A stretch of 47,107 nucleotides of DNA from a virus (lineage: Duplodnaviria > Caudoviricetes): positions 1-47,107 of IMG/VR virus record IMGVR_UViG_3300032294_002517, one strand, 5' to 3'. A program made the translations under genes and the position numbers. The notes under the pieces were generated by a model. It was not told the DNA's origin, searched no databases, and saw only the letters and a list, made by a program, of their open reading frames with translations. Below, in pieces: positions 29,145-38,450 of this stretch (positions are counted from its first letter, which is position 1; each line of letters opens with the position of its first letter).

Positions 29145-30287
29145 TTATTTATTTCCTCCAGTTTTCGCCGCCGCCGATTTAACCGCCGTCGTCACAGAAC
29201 AGGCTAATTGTGATTTATTCATGGCCAAGGTCAACGCCTCTAACGCCGCTTCACGTTCCACAGTAACAGGACATTTTTTAACTATAAAATCCGCCAAATC
29301 AGCAAACTTTGCGGTTAGTTGCCATTGTTCAGTTAGTGCCATGTGCCGATAAGTTAATAGATTTATTGAACTATCAATAACATACTTTTTCCGCCATTTA
29401 CAAGCACTTGCGACGCTAACACCCAAAAACATCTCGCACCACTGCAAAGATTTTCCACTATCAATTGCTTCAATAACTTTTGCCTTTAATTCCACGTCAC
29501 GTCCAATATTGCCGACGGGCTTGGGGTTGACGCGAAACCAATATTTACAATCCTTGCAAGAATATCTAACGCCACGTTTGACAGTGTTGTAGCTCTGACA
29601 TTTTGGACATTTGACGCGCCCGTCAGCGATCGCGCGTAACTTCCCCACCGCTTCTTTTTCAATTTGGCGGATCTTCCGCGTCCCCATGCCGTGAAGTCTG
29701 GCAAGTTCACCAATGGGGGCCCTGTTGATGTAAAGTCCGTTGATAATCGCGGCGTGTATTTCCGGCAGTTGGTTTATTAGTGGCGTAATTCTATCTAGTT
29801 CCTCTTGCTGTTCATCCGTCAATGATTCTGGTAGTTCTGCGTTATGTTGGTTACACGCTGTGGCGCATTCTTTGGCAAAGTCTAAAGGAATGTCAAGGGA
29901 TAAAGCGGCTTGTTCATAAGTAACACCGTGTTTTTGGGCATAGCGTTTAATCTTTTGATGAGTTTCTTGCAACTTTCTGGGGACTTTAATTAGTCGTCCT
30001 TTATCACGGATAAATTGCAACATTGCGCCATTGATATAAAAAACCGCAACACTTGATAATTTGCAGTTTCTACTAGGATCAAATTTCTCGATTGCTCTAA
30101 TTAATCCTATTGAGCCAATCTGAATTAAATCCTCAAGTGGCAATGTGCAGCAATGAACCATTTTATTTGCAACTGCTTTAACCAATCCTATGTTATTGGT
30201 GACAATCTTGTTCCTAATCCTGATGTCTTTGGTGTTGCAATAATTTATTAATAATTGAAGATTATCTGCATATTGATTATTTATCAT
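29145..30287 (-). CDS. RNA polymerase sigma-70 family factor with C-terminal Zn-ribbon/HTH extension
   Basis: IRNKIV..NIGLV..EDLIQIGSIGLIRAIEKFDP region 2; region 4 HTH; CPKC..CKDC extension. Confidence 0.9.
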   Translation of the reverse strand: MINNQYADNLQLLINYCNTKDIRIRNKIVTNNIGLVKAVANKMVHCCTLPLEDLIQIGSIGLIRAIEKFDPSRNCKLSSVAVFYINGAMLQFIRDKGRLIKVPRKLQETHQKIKRYAQKHGVTYEQAALSLDIPLDFAKECATACNQHNAELPESLTDEQQEELDRITPLINQLPEIHAAIINGLYINRAPIGELARLHGMGTRKIRQIEKEAVGKLRAIADGRVKCPKCQSYNTVKRGVRYSCKDCKYWFRVNPKPVGNIGRDVELKAKVIEAIDSGKSLQWCEMFLGVSVASACKWRKKYVIDSSINLLTYRHMALTEQWQLTAKFADLADFIVKKCPVTVEREAALEALTLAMNKSQLACSVTTAVKSAAAKTGGNK

Positions 30288-30509
30288 ATTGAAGTTGTGA
30301 TAAAATTGTCTGAATATTTATAATCTAATGCAAATATGGACAATTTAGCGCAGAAACTTCAATCATTGTTAGACGGATTTGGGAACAAGAACAATGGCAG
30401 AATTGAGAGACGGAGTGACGGTTTTTATTATGTGAATAGTGCTGTGATTATGCACCTTGACAGCGATTATCACAGCGCAGTTTCAATAGTAAAGCAATTG
30501 TTTATTTAA

Positions 30510-30582
30510 TCCTGGATGCAGGAATTGAACCTGCTTGTGCCATATTATGAGTATGGTGCTTAAACCAATCAGCCAATCCAGG
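30510..30582 (-). tRNA. tRNA with CAU anticodon, probably Ile2 (lysidine)
   Basis: complete cloverleaf CCTGGAT/ATCCAGG, CCATA-CTCATAA-TATGG, GCAGG-TTCAATT-CCTGC; resembles cyanobacterial/plastid trnI-CAU. Confidence 0.9.
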
Positions 30583-30641
30583 AAATGCGATCGCATAATG
30601 ACCAATGACCAAATCATTAGTTTGTAAACAAAGAGGACAAC

Positions 30642-30812
30642 ATGACAATTACAGTTCAAGAATTAATGGACAGGCTTGAATTATCTGCTGATAGCCATTA
30701 CTTAGTGAAAATCCAATCAAAAGGCACTGTCTTCGATGCCTATTCGATTCAGGTAGATGACAGCACAGGGACGGCAATTATCTCTGTACGGGAATACGAA
30801 GACGAAGAATAA
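30642..30812 (+). CDS. 56-aa hypothetical protein (not in ORF track)
   Basis: GAGG RBS; MTITVQELMDRLE...EYEDEE. Confidence 0.55.
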   Translation: MTITVQELMDRLELSADSHYLVKIQSKGTVFDAYSIQVDDSTGTAIISVREYEDEE

Positions 30813-30842
30813 TTTCAAGACCTTGGTAGTGAGTTCTCTCGC

Positions 30843-30891
30843 TACCAATTACCAATTACCAATTACCAATTACCAATTACCAATTACCAAT
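30843..30891. repeat. STRR heptamer (TACCAAT)x7
   Basis: seven perfect tandem copies. Confidence 0.95.
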
Positions 30892-31186
30892 GACATATAC
30901 CCTATTGGAGATAGCAGACATGGAAATCAAGCAAGAAGTCTTAGATAACGCCGTTGAAATTTGGGACGGCATGAACGTTGAAAATATCGCTCCTTATATG
31001 CCCGCCAACGGGACGGAAGGAGATATTTTTGAAAGTCGTTGGTGTGAGAATTGTGATTTCGTTCCAGATATAGAAATAGGTGAATGCTCCATCCTCTCTA
31101 ATGCTTACCGGGGCATTCAACCCGAGGAATGGATTTATTACAACAACAAGCCAACCTGTACAGCATTTAAAAAGAGAAATAGTTAA
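30890..31186 (+). CDS. Cys-rich phage hypothetical protein
   Basis: PANGTEGDIF..WCENC...C..L...EW...PTCTAF. Confidence 0.65.
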   Translation: MTYTLLEIADMEIKQEVLDNAVEIWDGMNVENIAPYMPANGTEGDIFESRWCENCDFVPDIEIGECSILSNAYRGIQPEEWIYYNNKPTCTAFKKRNS

Positions 31187-31590
31187 TGGTAGACATTAGC
31201 CAACGACTCAAAGAAGCTAACGGAAGATTAAAAGCTAATTGTTTTGGGGTAAGTATTGAGCAAATTGGAAATAGGCTCTATTTACGTGCTGTTTTACCCC
31301 CAAAACCTTCCTCCACTAATACCAATCCTCATCAGCAGAAAATTAGTATTGCTAATGCTAATAATGAAGGAGTCAAGGTTGCTGAACGTGAAGCCAAGAA
31401 ACTTAGCTCCAAGCTTGATGAAAAAACTTTTGATTGGGGTGATTACATTACGGAACAGCAAAAGCAGCCCGTAACAATTGGTGAATGGATTTCTGCATTT
31501 GAAAAAGATTACTTTGAAAGAAGGGAGCGAACTTTCAAAACAGAAACAACATGGAAGGTTGAATATCGTACAGTATTCAAAGTCTTACAA
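31186..31590 (+). pseudogene. N-terminal fragment of a second integrase
   Basis: paralogous to the 1820 integrase N-terminus (LYLRAVLPPKP..PHQQ..AEREAK..FDW); homology ends near 31590 and no catalytic domain follows. Confidence 0.85.
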
Positions 31591-31731
31591 CCCATCATTT
31601 TTATTTGCGCTATTGAACTCATGTTTTTTTACTTCTGCATAGTAATTAACCATGCCAAGTCTTTTATTGGCAGGTGGAAATATTTTGCATCCGTGCTTGA
31701 TGTATCCGTTTTCTAGCCATTCAATTTTCAT

Positions 31732-32007
31732 TTATTTATCCGATTCCTCAATTAACTTAGACACAAATTCTGAGCGATCGCCCGTCGGGACTTTTTGCAG
31801 TTTCTCGTAAGCAGACGGACTTATACTAAATGCAACTTTATATGTTGCCGATTCTGCTTTTGGCGGTCTACCACCTAAGTTTTTCCTGTAATATTGGTTG
31901 AGGCAACCTTGACAAGTTACCTCTTCAATATTGCTTGATAGGCGCGGGGAAAAGCCTTGATTACTACAAGACTGTTTCCCTGAATAGTGGATTTTATTGG
32001 TTGGCAT
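31732..32007 (-). CDS. small ribbon-helix-helix-like DNA-binding protein
   Basis: GGRPPK followed by VAFSISPSAYEKL...RSEFVSKLIEE. Confidence 0.65.
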   Translation of the reverse strand: MPTNKIHYSGKQSCSNQGFSPRLSSNIEEVTCQGCLNQYYRKNLGGRPPKAESATYKVAFSISPSAYEKLQKVPTGDRSEFVSKLIEESDK

Positions 32008-32263
32008 TTTCTAGATAGCCATCAACAAAGAATGGATCGAAGCCATCTAAACCTTCATGCCAAGCAGCCCTAGCATCCATAATCTGTTCAATCGTCCCTA
32101 GAAAAACCCATCCATCGGGAGGTATAGCTGCTAGATACCCCCCGGAATTATTGGGGATTTCCCCCACGATAGCTTCTGAATCAGGGGTTGTTTTTTCCGC
32201 CCAAACTCCATGAGAGTTTGAATAATTATCAACTTGCTCAAAAAATTCAATTACTGTTTTCAT
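31994..32263 (-). CDS. hypothetical protein
   Basis: overlapping minus-strand operon. Confidence 0.55.
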   Translation of the reverse strand: MKTVIEFFEQVDNYSNSHGVWAEKTTPDSEAIVGEIPNNSGGYLAAIPPDGWVFLGTIEQIMDARAAWHEGLDGFDPFFVDGYLENANQ

Positions 32264-32453
32264 CCCTTCCCTCGCAAAAAGAACAACGCCGCCGGACGGA
32301 CTTACGGGCAGCTAAGGACGAGAAATGATCTCTGCCATCAACTCCAGTCCATTTAGCAAATAAATGACCGCATTCAAGAGCTTCCCAATATCTCAAAGCA
32401 TCGCGGTCAAAATGCCTTGAAATAACTTTTTTAAGAGGGGCAATTTTTACCAT
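32247..32453 (-). CDS. small Zn-finger-like protein
   Basis: LECGH...RRRCSFC. Confidence 0.55.
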   Translation of the reverse strand: MVKIAPLKKVISRHFDRDALRYWEALECGHLFAKWTGVDGRDHFSSLAARKSVRRRCSFCEGRDENSN

Positions 32454-32463
32454 TGCTTAAACT

Positions 32464-32730
32464 TTATAAAGAAAAAAGCTTTGAGTGCAAAACTTGATCG
32501 TTTTGATTTTCGATCCACCATGAGGCACGCAAGGGAATCTCTATATCTACATTTGCTGTAGCATAACCAAACCACCCTTTCCGAATGGCTTTGTCTATAA
32601 TTGTTTTTGCGAGCTTAATTTGTTTTTCTGTCCCAATTAATTCTGAGGATTTTAGAAGATTAATTCGCTCTTGGACTGGCAAAGAATGCGGAATTAAAAC
32701 TTCGATCATTGGCTTAATTTGTTCTGTCAT
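32464..32730 (-). CDS. hypothetical protein
   Basis: LIGTEKQIKLA..ASWWIEN, a motif common in small phage proteins. Confidence 0.6.
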   Translation of the reverse strand: MTEQIKPMIEVLIPHSLPVQERINLLKSSELIGTEKQIKLAKTIIDKAIRKGWFGYATANVDIEIPLRASWWIENQNDQVLHSKLFSL

Positions 32731-32866
32731 AGTTTTGTAGTTTTTCGTAAGCAGACGGGCCTATGCTAAATGCAACTTTATATGTTGCCGATTTTGCTTT
32801 TGGAGGTCTACCACCTAAGTTTTTCCGGTGGTATTGGTTTAGGCAACCTTGACAAGTTACCTCTTT

Positions 32867-32896
32867 ACTATAACTAAACTATTACCAGTTTGTCAA
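32867..32896 (-). promoter_or_regulatory. promoter of the minus-strand small-gene operon
   Basis: TTGACA-AACTGGTAATAGTTTAGT-TATAGT. Confidence 0.6.
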
Positions 32897-32971
32897 TACT
32901 AAACTATAAAATAACTGAAAACTAGCAGATAAAAGGATTTTAGGTTAAGCGATCGCGTCGCAATATCTTTT

Positions 32972-33283
32972 TTGCCCCCTACGCAGTCGGCATCTAAACC
33001 CGAAAACGCAAAGCACCCCACAATAAAACCACTAGAAGTAATGAAGCGGTTAGTAGAAATGCTTACTCCTGAAGGTGGTACGGTTTTAGACCCCTTCTGT
33101 GGTAGTAGTACAACTGCCGTAGCCTGTAAAGAACTTGGCAGAAATTACATCTGTATTGAGAAAGAATTGGAATATTATCAAATAGCTTGTCAGCGCATAA
33201 GCCAACCTATTGAACCGGAAAAAGAAGTAATTCCGGTAGTTGAGGAATTGCCAAAAGTTAAGCAGTTGTCATTGTTTGGGTAG
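32972..33283 (+). pseudogene. C-terminal fragment of a beta-class N4/N6 DNA methyltransferase
   Basis: HPTIKP...VLDPFCGS..T..AC..LGR motifs without the DPPY half; ends QLSLFG. Confidence 0.85.
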
Positions 33284-33397
33284 TTATCGCAACTATCCCA
33301 AGCTCTATCCAAATCTCAATAACTCATGCTAAAATAAAAACACCCTCCCAAAAGCCAATCCGGGAAGGTGTTTCGTTTTCTATATAAACCTTGAATT

Positions 33398-34066
33398 ATG
33401 ACTACTATAACATCATCCGGCTTTTTTACGCAAGTCTTAGGCGAAGTTTCTCACCCAATTAATATAGTGAGAGAATATTTAGAGGCATTCGGCAATAAAT
33501 GTAAAGCTTCTATCTTGACTTGGCTTGATTCATGGACACGCACAAAAATAGCACAGGGCAAGGATACATGGATTTGGGAGAGTCAACGCTCCTTAGCAGA
33601 AAAAATAGGGTACAACAAATCAACAGTCAATACCCATTTAAACGAGTTGATTGACGAGGGATTTATTGAAGTATCCCTACAATCGCCAAATAGTTGCTCA
33701 CGTCTGCTTAAATACAGATTAAGAATTGACAACTTATCTGTATTCCTTAGTCAGTCAGGGTTTTCGCCATTAAGTCGGAATTCCGTACATGGTAAAACGG
33801 AAGCCCGGACAACGGAAGCCGGAAAACCGGACACTAACTTAAATCATTCTCTTAATTCAAATATTCCTAATTCAAATGATAAATACAACAACAGTGATGA
33901 TGTACCAAGCGAGTGTAATCTGGATTTAGAGGAATTAAGAGAAGAGAAGCCTACAGATATCTCGTTTGTTGAAAAACCAAAACTAAAATCTTCCACTCCA
34001 CAGATAACCCCTCATGAGGGCGATAATTGCGCGGCGCGGCGCGCAACACAACAAATCCAGACGTAG
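33398..34066 (+). CDS. second wHTH replication-initiator-like protein (N-terminal part)
   Basis: SQRSLAEKIGYNKSTVNTHLNELIDEGFI; short ACGGAAGCC repeats near 33795-33830. Confidence 0.65.
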   Translation: MTTITSSGFFTQVLGEVSHPINIVREYLEAFGNKCKASILTWLDSWTRTKIAQGKDTWIWESQRSLAEKIGYNKSTVNTHLNELIDEGFIEVSLQSPNSCSRLLKYRLRIDNLSVFLSQSGFSPLSRNSVHGKTEARTTEAGKPDTNLNHSLNSNIPNSNDKYNNSDDVPSECNLDLEELREEKPTDISFVEKPKLKSSTPQITPHEGDNCAARRATQQIQT

Positions 34067-34512
34067 AAATAAATATGCAATTAGTAGCGAGTTTAGGCGT
34101 TACATTGAACCCTAGGCTAAAACGGTTTCTAGCGTGCGTAACGGCAGAGGAAGTATTGAAAGGTCTTGCCGCTTACTACTACACCCTAGAGATTAAGCAG
34201 ACGGGCGTTGAAAGCATACCTGGATTTATCATTGATTCCATCAGAAATAACTACATCGAAGACACGAAGATGTGGATGGATTCTACCGAACCAACCCGGA
34301 AATTTATCCTACTAGCGGCTGGTGCGATGGGTATGGGGATGTCTTTGGACGGTGGATTTCTGATGGCAATGGATACAGGTAAATTAGTAGTTGTCGGGGA
34401 AAACAGCGATCGCTCATCGTTCCATCTTGACAGAATAATTGAATTGCTAGACAAAGCAGGTTACGCGGAAACATTGAAGATAATGTTGGATAGCTACCGC
34501 AATTTAACTTAA
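34027..34512 (+). CDS. probable C-terminal part of the same initiator (frameshifted) or a separate hypothetical protein
   Basis: overlapping frame; SIPGFIIDSIRNNY replication-protein-like motif. Confidence 0.5.
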   Translation: MRGAARNTTNPDVEINMQLVASLGVTLNPRLKRFLACVTAEEVLKGLAAYYYTLEIKQTGVESIPGFIIDSIRNNYIEDTKMWMDSTEPTRKFILLAAGAMGMGMSLDGGFLMAMDTGKLVVVGENSDRSSFHLDRIIELLDKAGYAETLKIMLDSYRNLT

Positions 34513-34642
34513 TTTAAGAAAACCAGCGATCGCTAAAACATTGGAAGAATAGATGGTTAAGCTACTGGTGAAATTAGCAAAAGTTCCGTTTTAAATAGCC
34601 ATTTTTCTGCAATAATAATGTTAGTTAATCCTCAAAAATAAA

Positions 34643-35158
34643 ATGAACAACAATTATGGAATGCCTCAAACACGAGACAAATGTTATGGTATGTCCGCTT
34701 GCCTTACTTACTGGGCTTTTAAATGCCGTGACAGAAAACGCAGCCCAGCGATGGGTGCTAAAACATGGACTTACTTGGAATCCAGTATCAGAAATTCGGC
34801 GGAAATATCAACTAATTTAGAGGATTATTTGCAGCGACTTTGTGATAAACTTTGTTCACAATTACGCCCAGTTGAATTAACAAAAATAATTCAACCTACT
34901 CAAAGAATCCTGCGAGTAAATGAAGACGCTACGGAAATTAAAGAACTTCCCATTGACCAAAATCTTGTATTTATGGGATGGTTGGATTTAATTGCTGACA
35001 TTCAACCACACGGATTTACAGAGTGGGATGTACTTGAATTATTGCGAACTAAAGCAGGAATCATTCAAGTAATTTGCAGGTTACGATTCGAGGAAGATCG
35101 TAGTTTAGGGTTGGATGAGCCAGAGGAATTTATAGAAGTTGAGGTGACAAATGTTTGA
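34643..35158 (+). CDS. cas11: type IV-B small subunit (Cas11-like)
   Basis: helical 171-aa protein overlapping csf2; assignment mainly by synteny. Confidence 0.6.
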   Translation: MNNNYGMPQTRDKCYGMSACLTYWAFKCRDRKRSPAMGAKTWTYLESSIRNSAEISTNLEDYLQRLCDKLCSQLRPVELTKIIQPTQRILRVNEDATEIKELPIDQNLVFMGWLDLIADIQPHGFTEWDVLELLRTKAGIIQVICRLRFEEDRSLGLDEPEEFIEVEVTNV

Positions 35159-36281
35159 TAATTACAATGTTTTTGACCGTGAAAGATTGACTCTACATTG
35201 TGTGATTACAGCACAAACACCCTTATCACATATTGGGGAAGTGTCGGGAAATGTGAGCAACTTAAAAACACTAAAGTTACTTGATTTTGAAGGCAATCCT
35301 AGAAGTGTTTTCACCTATTCTGGTAATGCCTTGAGAAATGGATTGTTGCGGCGTGTTGGTGTGGCTGCGGCGTTAACTGAATTAGGGTTGCAAGTGAATC
35401 CTGATACACACCATACAATGTTTGCGGGTGGCAGAATTGATGCGGGTACAGCTTCAGACATGGAGCTTGACAAAAAGATCCGGGTTTTAATGCCTTGGCT
35501 GTCGGTTCTGGGGACTGCTAAACCTGCCAAAGTTTTCGGCTCTAAAGACGCTCAAATGGTGCAAGGCAGAATCAATGTAGGCTCTGCTTATTTGGCTTGC
35601 TATGAGTCAGCAGAATACATCTACAACCAGATACCAGCGATACTACCACCGGAAATACAACCAGCTATTCAGAAGCTAATTGAAGCTAAAAATAGATTAT
35701 CTTCAGACCCTTTTATCCCTACAAAGTCTGAGGACTTAGATAACTGGAATCAGGCAAAAAATGATTATTTGCCTTTAATTAGAAAGGTGATGAAAACTTG
35801 GACTGAGTATTTGACGATTGATCAAACTACTCGCAGGGATGCAACTTTAGACCCCAATTTAATTAAATTTCTGCCCACAGAGGTTCAGGCGCAATTAAAA
35901 GGCGACGGCACGGCTAAAGAGAAAAAATCAGATCAGATGATTGCTTCTGATAGATTAATTATGCCAGGAGCAAAACTATACTCAAGATGGGACTTGAACT
36001 GCACCAAAGTCGAACAAGGTTGGATTTTTGATACTTTGTTAAAATTTGCACAGTTCCCATATTTGGGCGGTAAAGGCAATCGTGGCAATGGTCGCGTTAG
36101 CATAAATTTCTGGTTTAGTTCCGAGTCAGAACGCGGATTATTGTGGAGCTCTGAAAGTGGTGTAGAGAGCGATAGATTCAATCTTGCACACGCTAAATAC
36201 AGGGAGTATATCAGTCAATATCAACAGTTTTTAGGTGAGGCTAGAACATCAACTGAATTAAGGAGTTTGTTAGGTGGATAA
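35151..36281 (+). CDS. csf2: type IV Cas7-like backbone protein Csf2
   Basis: ITAQTPLSH, YSGNALR..LRR, MFAGG, P.LSVLG and terminal G-rich loop YLGGKGNRGNG. Confidence 0.9.
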   Translation: MFDNYNVFDRERLTLHCVITAQTPLSHIGEVSGNVSNLKTLKLLDFEGNPRSVFTYSGNALRNGLLRRVGVAAALTELGLQVNPDTHHTMFAGGRIDAGTASDMELDKKIRVLMPWLSVLGTAKPAKVFGSKDAQMVQGRINVGSAYLACYESAEYIYNQIPAILPPEIQPAIQKLIEAKNRLSSDPFIPTKSEDLDNWNQAKNDYLPLIRKVMKTWTEYLTIDQTTRRDATLDPNLIKFLPTEVQAQLKGDGTAKEKKSDQMIASDRLIMPGAKLYSRWDLNCTKVEQGWIFDTLLKFAQFPYLGGKGNRGNGRVSINFWFSSESERGLLWSSESGVESDRFNLAHAKYREYISQYQQFLGEARTSTELRSLLGG

Positions 36282-36963
36282 CTTAAAAATAACGGCACAT
36301 TTAGCAACATCTTTAGGAGCTTATGATAACTGGAGTCCGTCGCTAGAAGGTATTTTGGTGTATAGGCTTTTAGAAGAAAATAGTCTGCTTTCACCTAATC
36401 CCACGCCGGATCAAGTAGCAGAAACCAAAGAGTTTATTGAGCAGAATTTACCACTAAAGCAAGGTGTCATTAAGTCAGAGAAATATTGGTGCGTGAGTTC
36501 ACCTTGCTATGTTTTGCAGGGTGAAGCTACAGACAAATATAGAAAACGATGGGATAATCACGAAAACAATTTAGACTGGGGTAAGCGCAAACCTAAGTTT
36601 TTAACAGGTGAAGGTGCGGAAAAATCCTATGATTTACCGCTTTACACAAGGTCAATCAACTCTATTTCTTGGTTTGCTGTGGGCGATAAAACGGCAATCA
36701 AAAATCTTTTGTCGTCTGTTACTCACATTCAGAAAAAGCGTAGTTACGGCAATGGTGAAGTCAGGGAATGGGAAATAGGGATAATTTACGATGATTATCA
36801 TCTGTGGCGTGATAATAAATTAATGCGTCCTATTCCTGTTAGATTAATTGATCGAAAAATAGATAATCCTCAGATGGTTTGGGGATGGAGAAGCCCCGCT
36901 TGGTTGGCAGCAAATAAAGAATTGTGCTATATGCCAAAGGATAGCGTGATTTATGCTAAGTAA
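36274..36963 (+). CDS. csf3: type IV Cas5-like protein Csf3
   Basis: LKITAHL, WFAVGD..I..LL..VTHIQKKRSYGNGEV, LMRPIP, GWRSPAW. Confidence 0.88.
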   Translation: MDNLKITAHLATSLGAYDNWSPSLEGILVYRLLEENSLLSPNPTPDQVAETKEFIEQNLPLKQGVIKSEKYWCVSSPCYVLQGEATDKYRKRWDNHENNLDWGKRKPKFLTGEGAEKSYDLPLYTRSINSISWFAVGDKTAIKNLLSSVTHIQKKRSYGNGEVREWEIGIIYDDYHLWRDNKLMRPIPVRLIDRKIDNPQMVWGWRSPAWLAANKELCYMPKDSVIYAK

Positions 36964-37699
36964 CGGATCTGGCGTTCAATATCCCTGGTTAAAAAAGAAA
37001 ATAATCAGGGCAAAAGACTCAATTAAAATCTGGCTAGAACAATGCAATCATCAAGTGTATGCGAGTGTTTCTGGCGGTAAAGATAGCCTAGTGATGTCTC
37101 ATTTAATCAGGCAGGTTTACCCAGATTGTCCTTTGGTATGGGTAAATCAGGGATTGCTTGCCGAATGGGATGATTGCGTTGAGCTTTTAGAGTATTTAAA
37201 AACTCAAAACTGGAATATTATTGAACTTTGCCCAGTACGTGATTTATGGCATTTATACCTTGATTATGGCGTTCCACTTGAAGGAACAATGGATACAAAA
37301 GCCGACAAATTAATTAATCAAAAATTAATTTATGACCCGCTTAATGAATACCAAGAATTAAATAATATCAAGGGTTATGCGTGGGGTATTCGTAAGCAAG
37401 AAAGCAGGAATAGGGCATTTTACCTTAATAAATATGGTGAAGTGCATACCCTTAAAAATGGGTTGATTTGTTGTTCACCTGTGGCATTTTGGACTACTCA
37501 AAATATTTGGGAATACATTGATATGTACTCGTTAAAATATCCTGCCATTTATGATGTTGATAGAATGACAGTTAGGAATGGATGCCCAATCGGCACAACA
37601 GGTGCTAATTGGGGAAGACTGGCAGAATTAAGAAAGCATTATCCAGGTATTTATAATCAATTCGTTGTTAAATTCCCGCAAATATCAACCTATGTCTAA
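36953..37699 (+). CDS. cysH: CysH-like PAPS-reductase-fold protein of type IV-B
   Basis: SVSGGKDS PP-loop, GIRKQES..R, P..FWT..IWEYI. Confidence 0.9.
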   Translation: MLSNGSGVQYPWLKKKIIRAKDSIKIWLEQCNHQVYASVSGGKDSLVMSHLIRQVYPDCPLVWVNQGLLAEWDDCVELLEYLKTQNWNIIELCPVRDLWHLYLDYGVPLEGTMDTKADKLINQKLIYDPLNEYQELNNIKGYAWGIRKQESRNRAFYLNKYGEVHTLKNGLICCSPVAFWTTQNIWEYIDMYSLKYPAIYDVDRMTVRNGCPIGTTGANWGRLAELRKHYPGIYNQFVVKFPQISTYV

Positions 37700-38444
37700 C
37701 TGCTACCTGTGCGCTAAACCCGGTTCTAATCCCTTGGAATTATCCAGCACCTTCACAATGCACTCATCAGCTAAATGTCCAGATTCTAAGGTGTTGTGCG
37801 ATCGCTGTTACTCTACTATTTCTGGTAATCAAAAGCAGCTTTGGTACTGGAATGAGGGTAAGAATAAATGGTCTAAATTGTGGGGGCGTTCTTTGTCCAG
37901 GGTGTATCAGGGTGATAAATTAATTGCACCAATAATTGAAGGGGAGTACACAGAAGGTAAAGATACTTTTTCAATAGTTAAAAACTTAATGACCAGGGTA
38001 GAAATTAGAGAATATTTGTTGAATCCCCCTGAACCACCATTTACTATCGCTATAGCTGAATCAGGGCAAAAACATATTATTCCTTGGGCGTTAGAAGCGC
38101 AAAGCCGGGATCTATTCCCTGCGCAATTTGAGCTTGATACTGTTTATATTGATGATAGATTTAGAGGGTTTTTGCAAGTATATGAGCAATTGATGGGGTT
38201 AGGATTTAGTAAAACTGAGATTGATTCAGGGGATTATCGAAGCGATAGATTGATGAAAGTTTTTGATAAATACTGGGAACTTGAGGATCGTATATCGGGT
38301 ATTAGGGGGACTAGATTAATGCAATTGATAAGTTATATCGCTCAATCACAGGATGTGCCACCAATTGCGGAAATAGTAGAAATTCCTGTAATCCCTGCCC
38401 AATCAAAAGTACCTAAAAAGCCATTGCAATTATCTTTGTTTTAA
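37692..38444 (+). CDS. csf1: type IV large subunit Csf1 (Cas8-like)
   Basis: CYLC...LCDRC zinc finger and PPEPPF..AIAESGQKHII motif; ends in QLSLF. Confidence 0.85.
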   Translation: MSNCYLCAKPGSNPLELSSTFTMHSSAKCPDSKVLCDRCYSTISGNQKQLWYWNEGKNKWSKLWGRSLSRVYQGDKLIAPIIEGEYTEGKDTFSIVKNLMTRVEIREYLLNPPEPPFTIAIAESGQKHIIPWALEAQSRDLFPAQFELDTVYIDDRFRGFLQVYEQLMGLGFSKTEIDSGDYRSDRLMKVFDKYWELEDRISGIRGTRLMQLISYIAQSQDVPPIAEIVEIPVIPAQSKVPKKPLQLSLF

Positions 38445-38450
38445 ACCAGC

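Larger units (their letters stand above)
31805..32864. repeat. 120-bp direct repeat pair (31805-31924 and 32745-32864)
   Basis: 9 mismatches counted over 120 bp. Confidence 0.9.

Noticed and set aside
31805-32864. Diversity-generating retroelement TR/VR pair
   Set aside because: Mismatches are not adenine-specific on either strand and no reverse transcriptase is in the window.
34512-34643. Cryptic mini-array upstream of type IV-B
   Set aside because: No repeated units were visible here or downstream of csf1.
36953-37699. Sulfate-assimilation auxiliary metabolic gene
   Set aside because: It is embedded in and overlaps the csf genes, and lacks the C-terminal ECGLH motif of true PAPS reductases.
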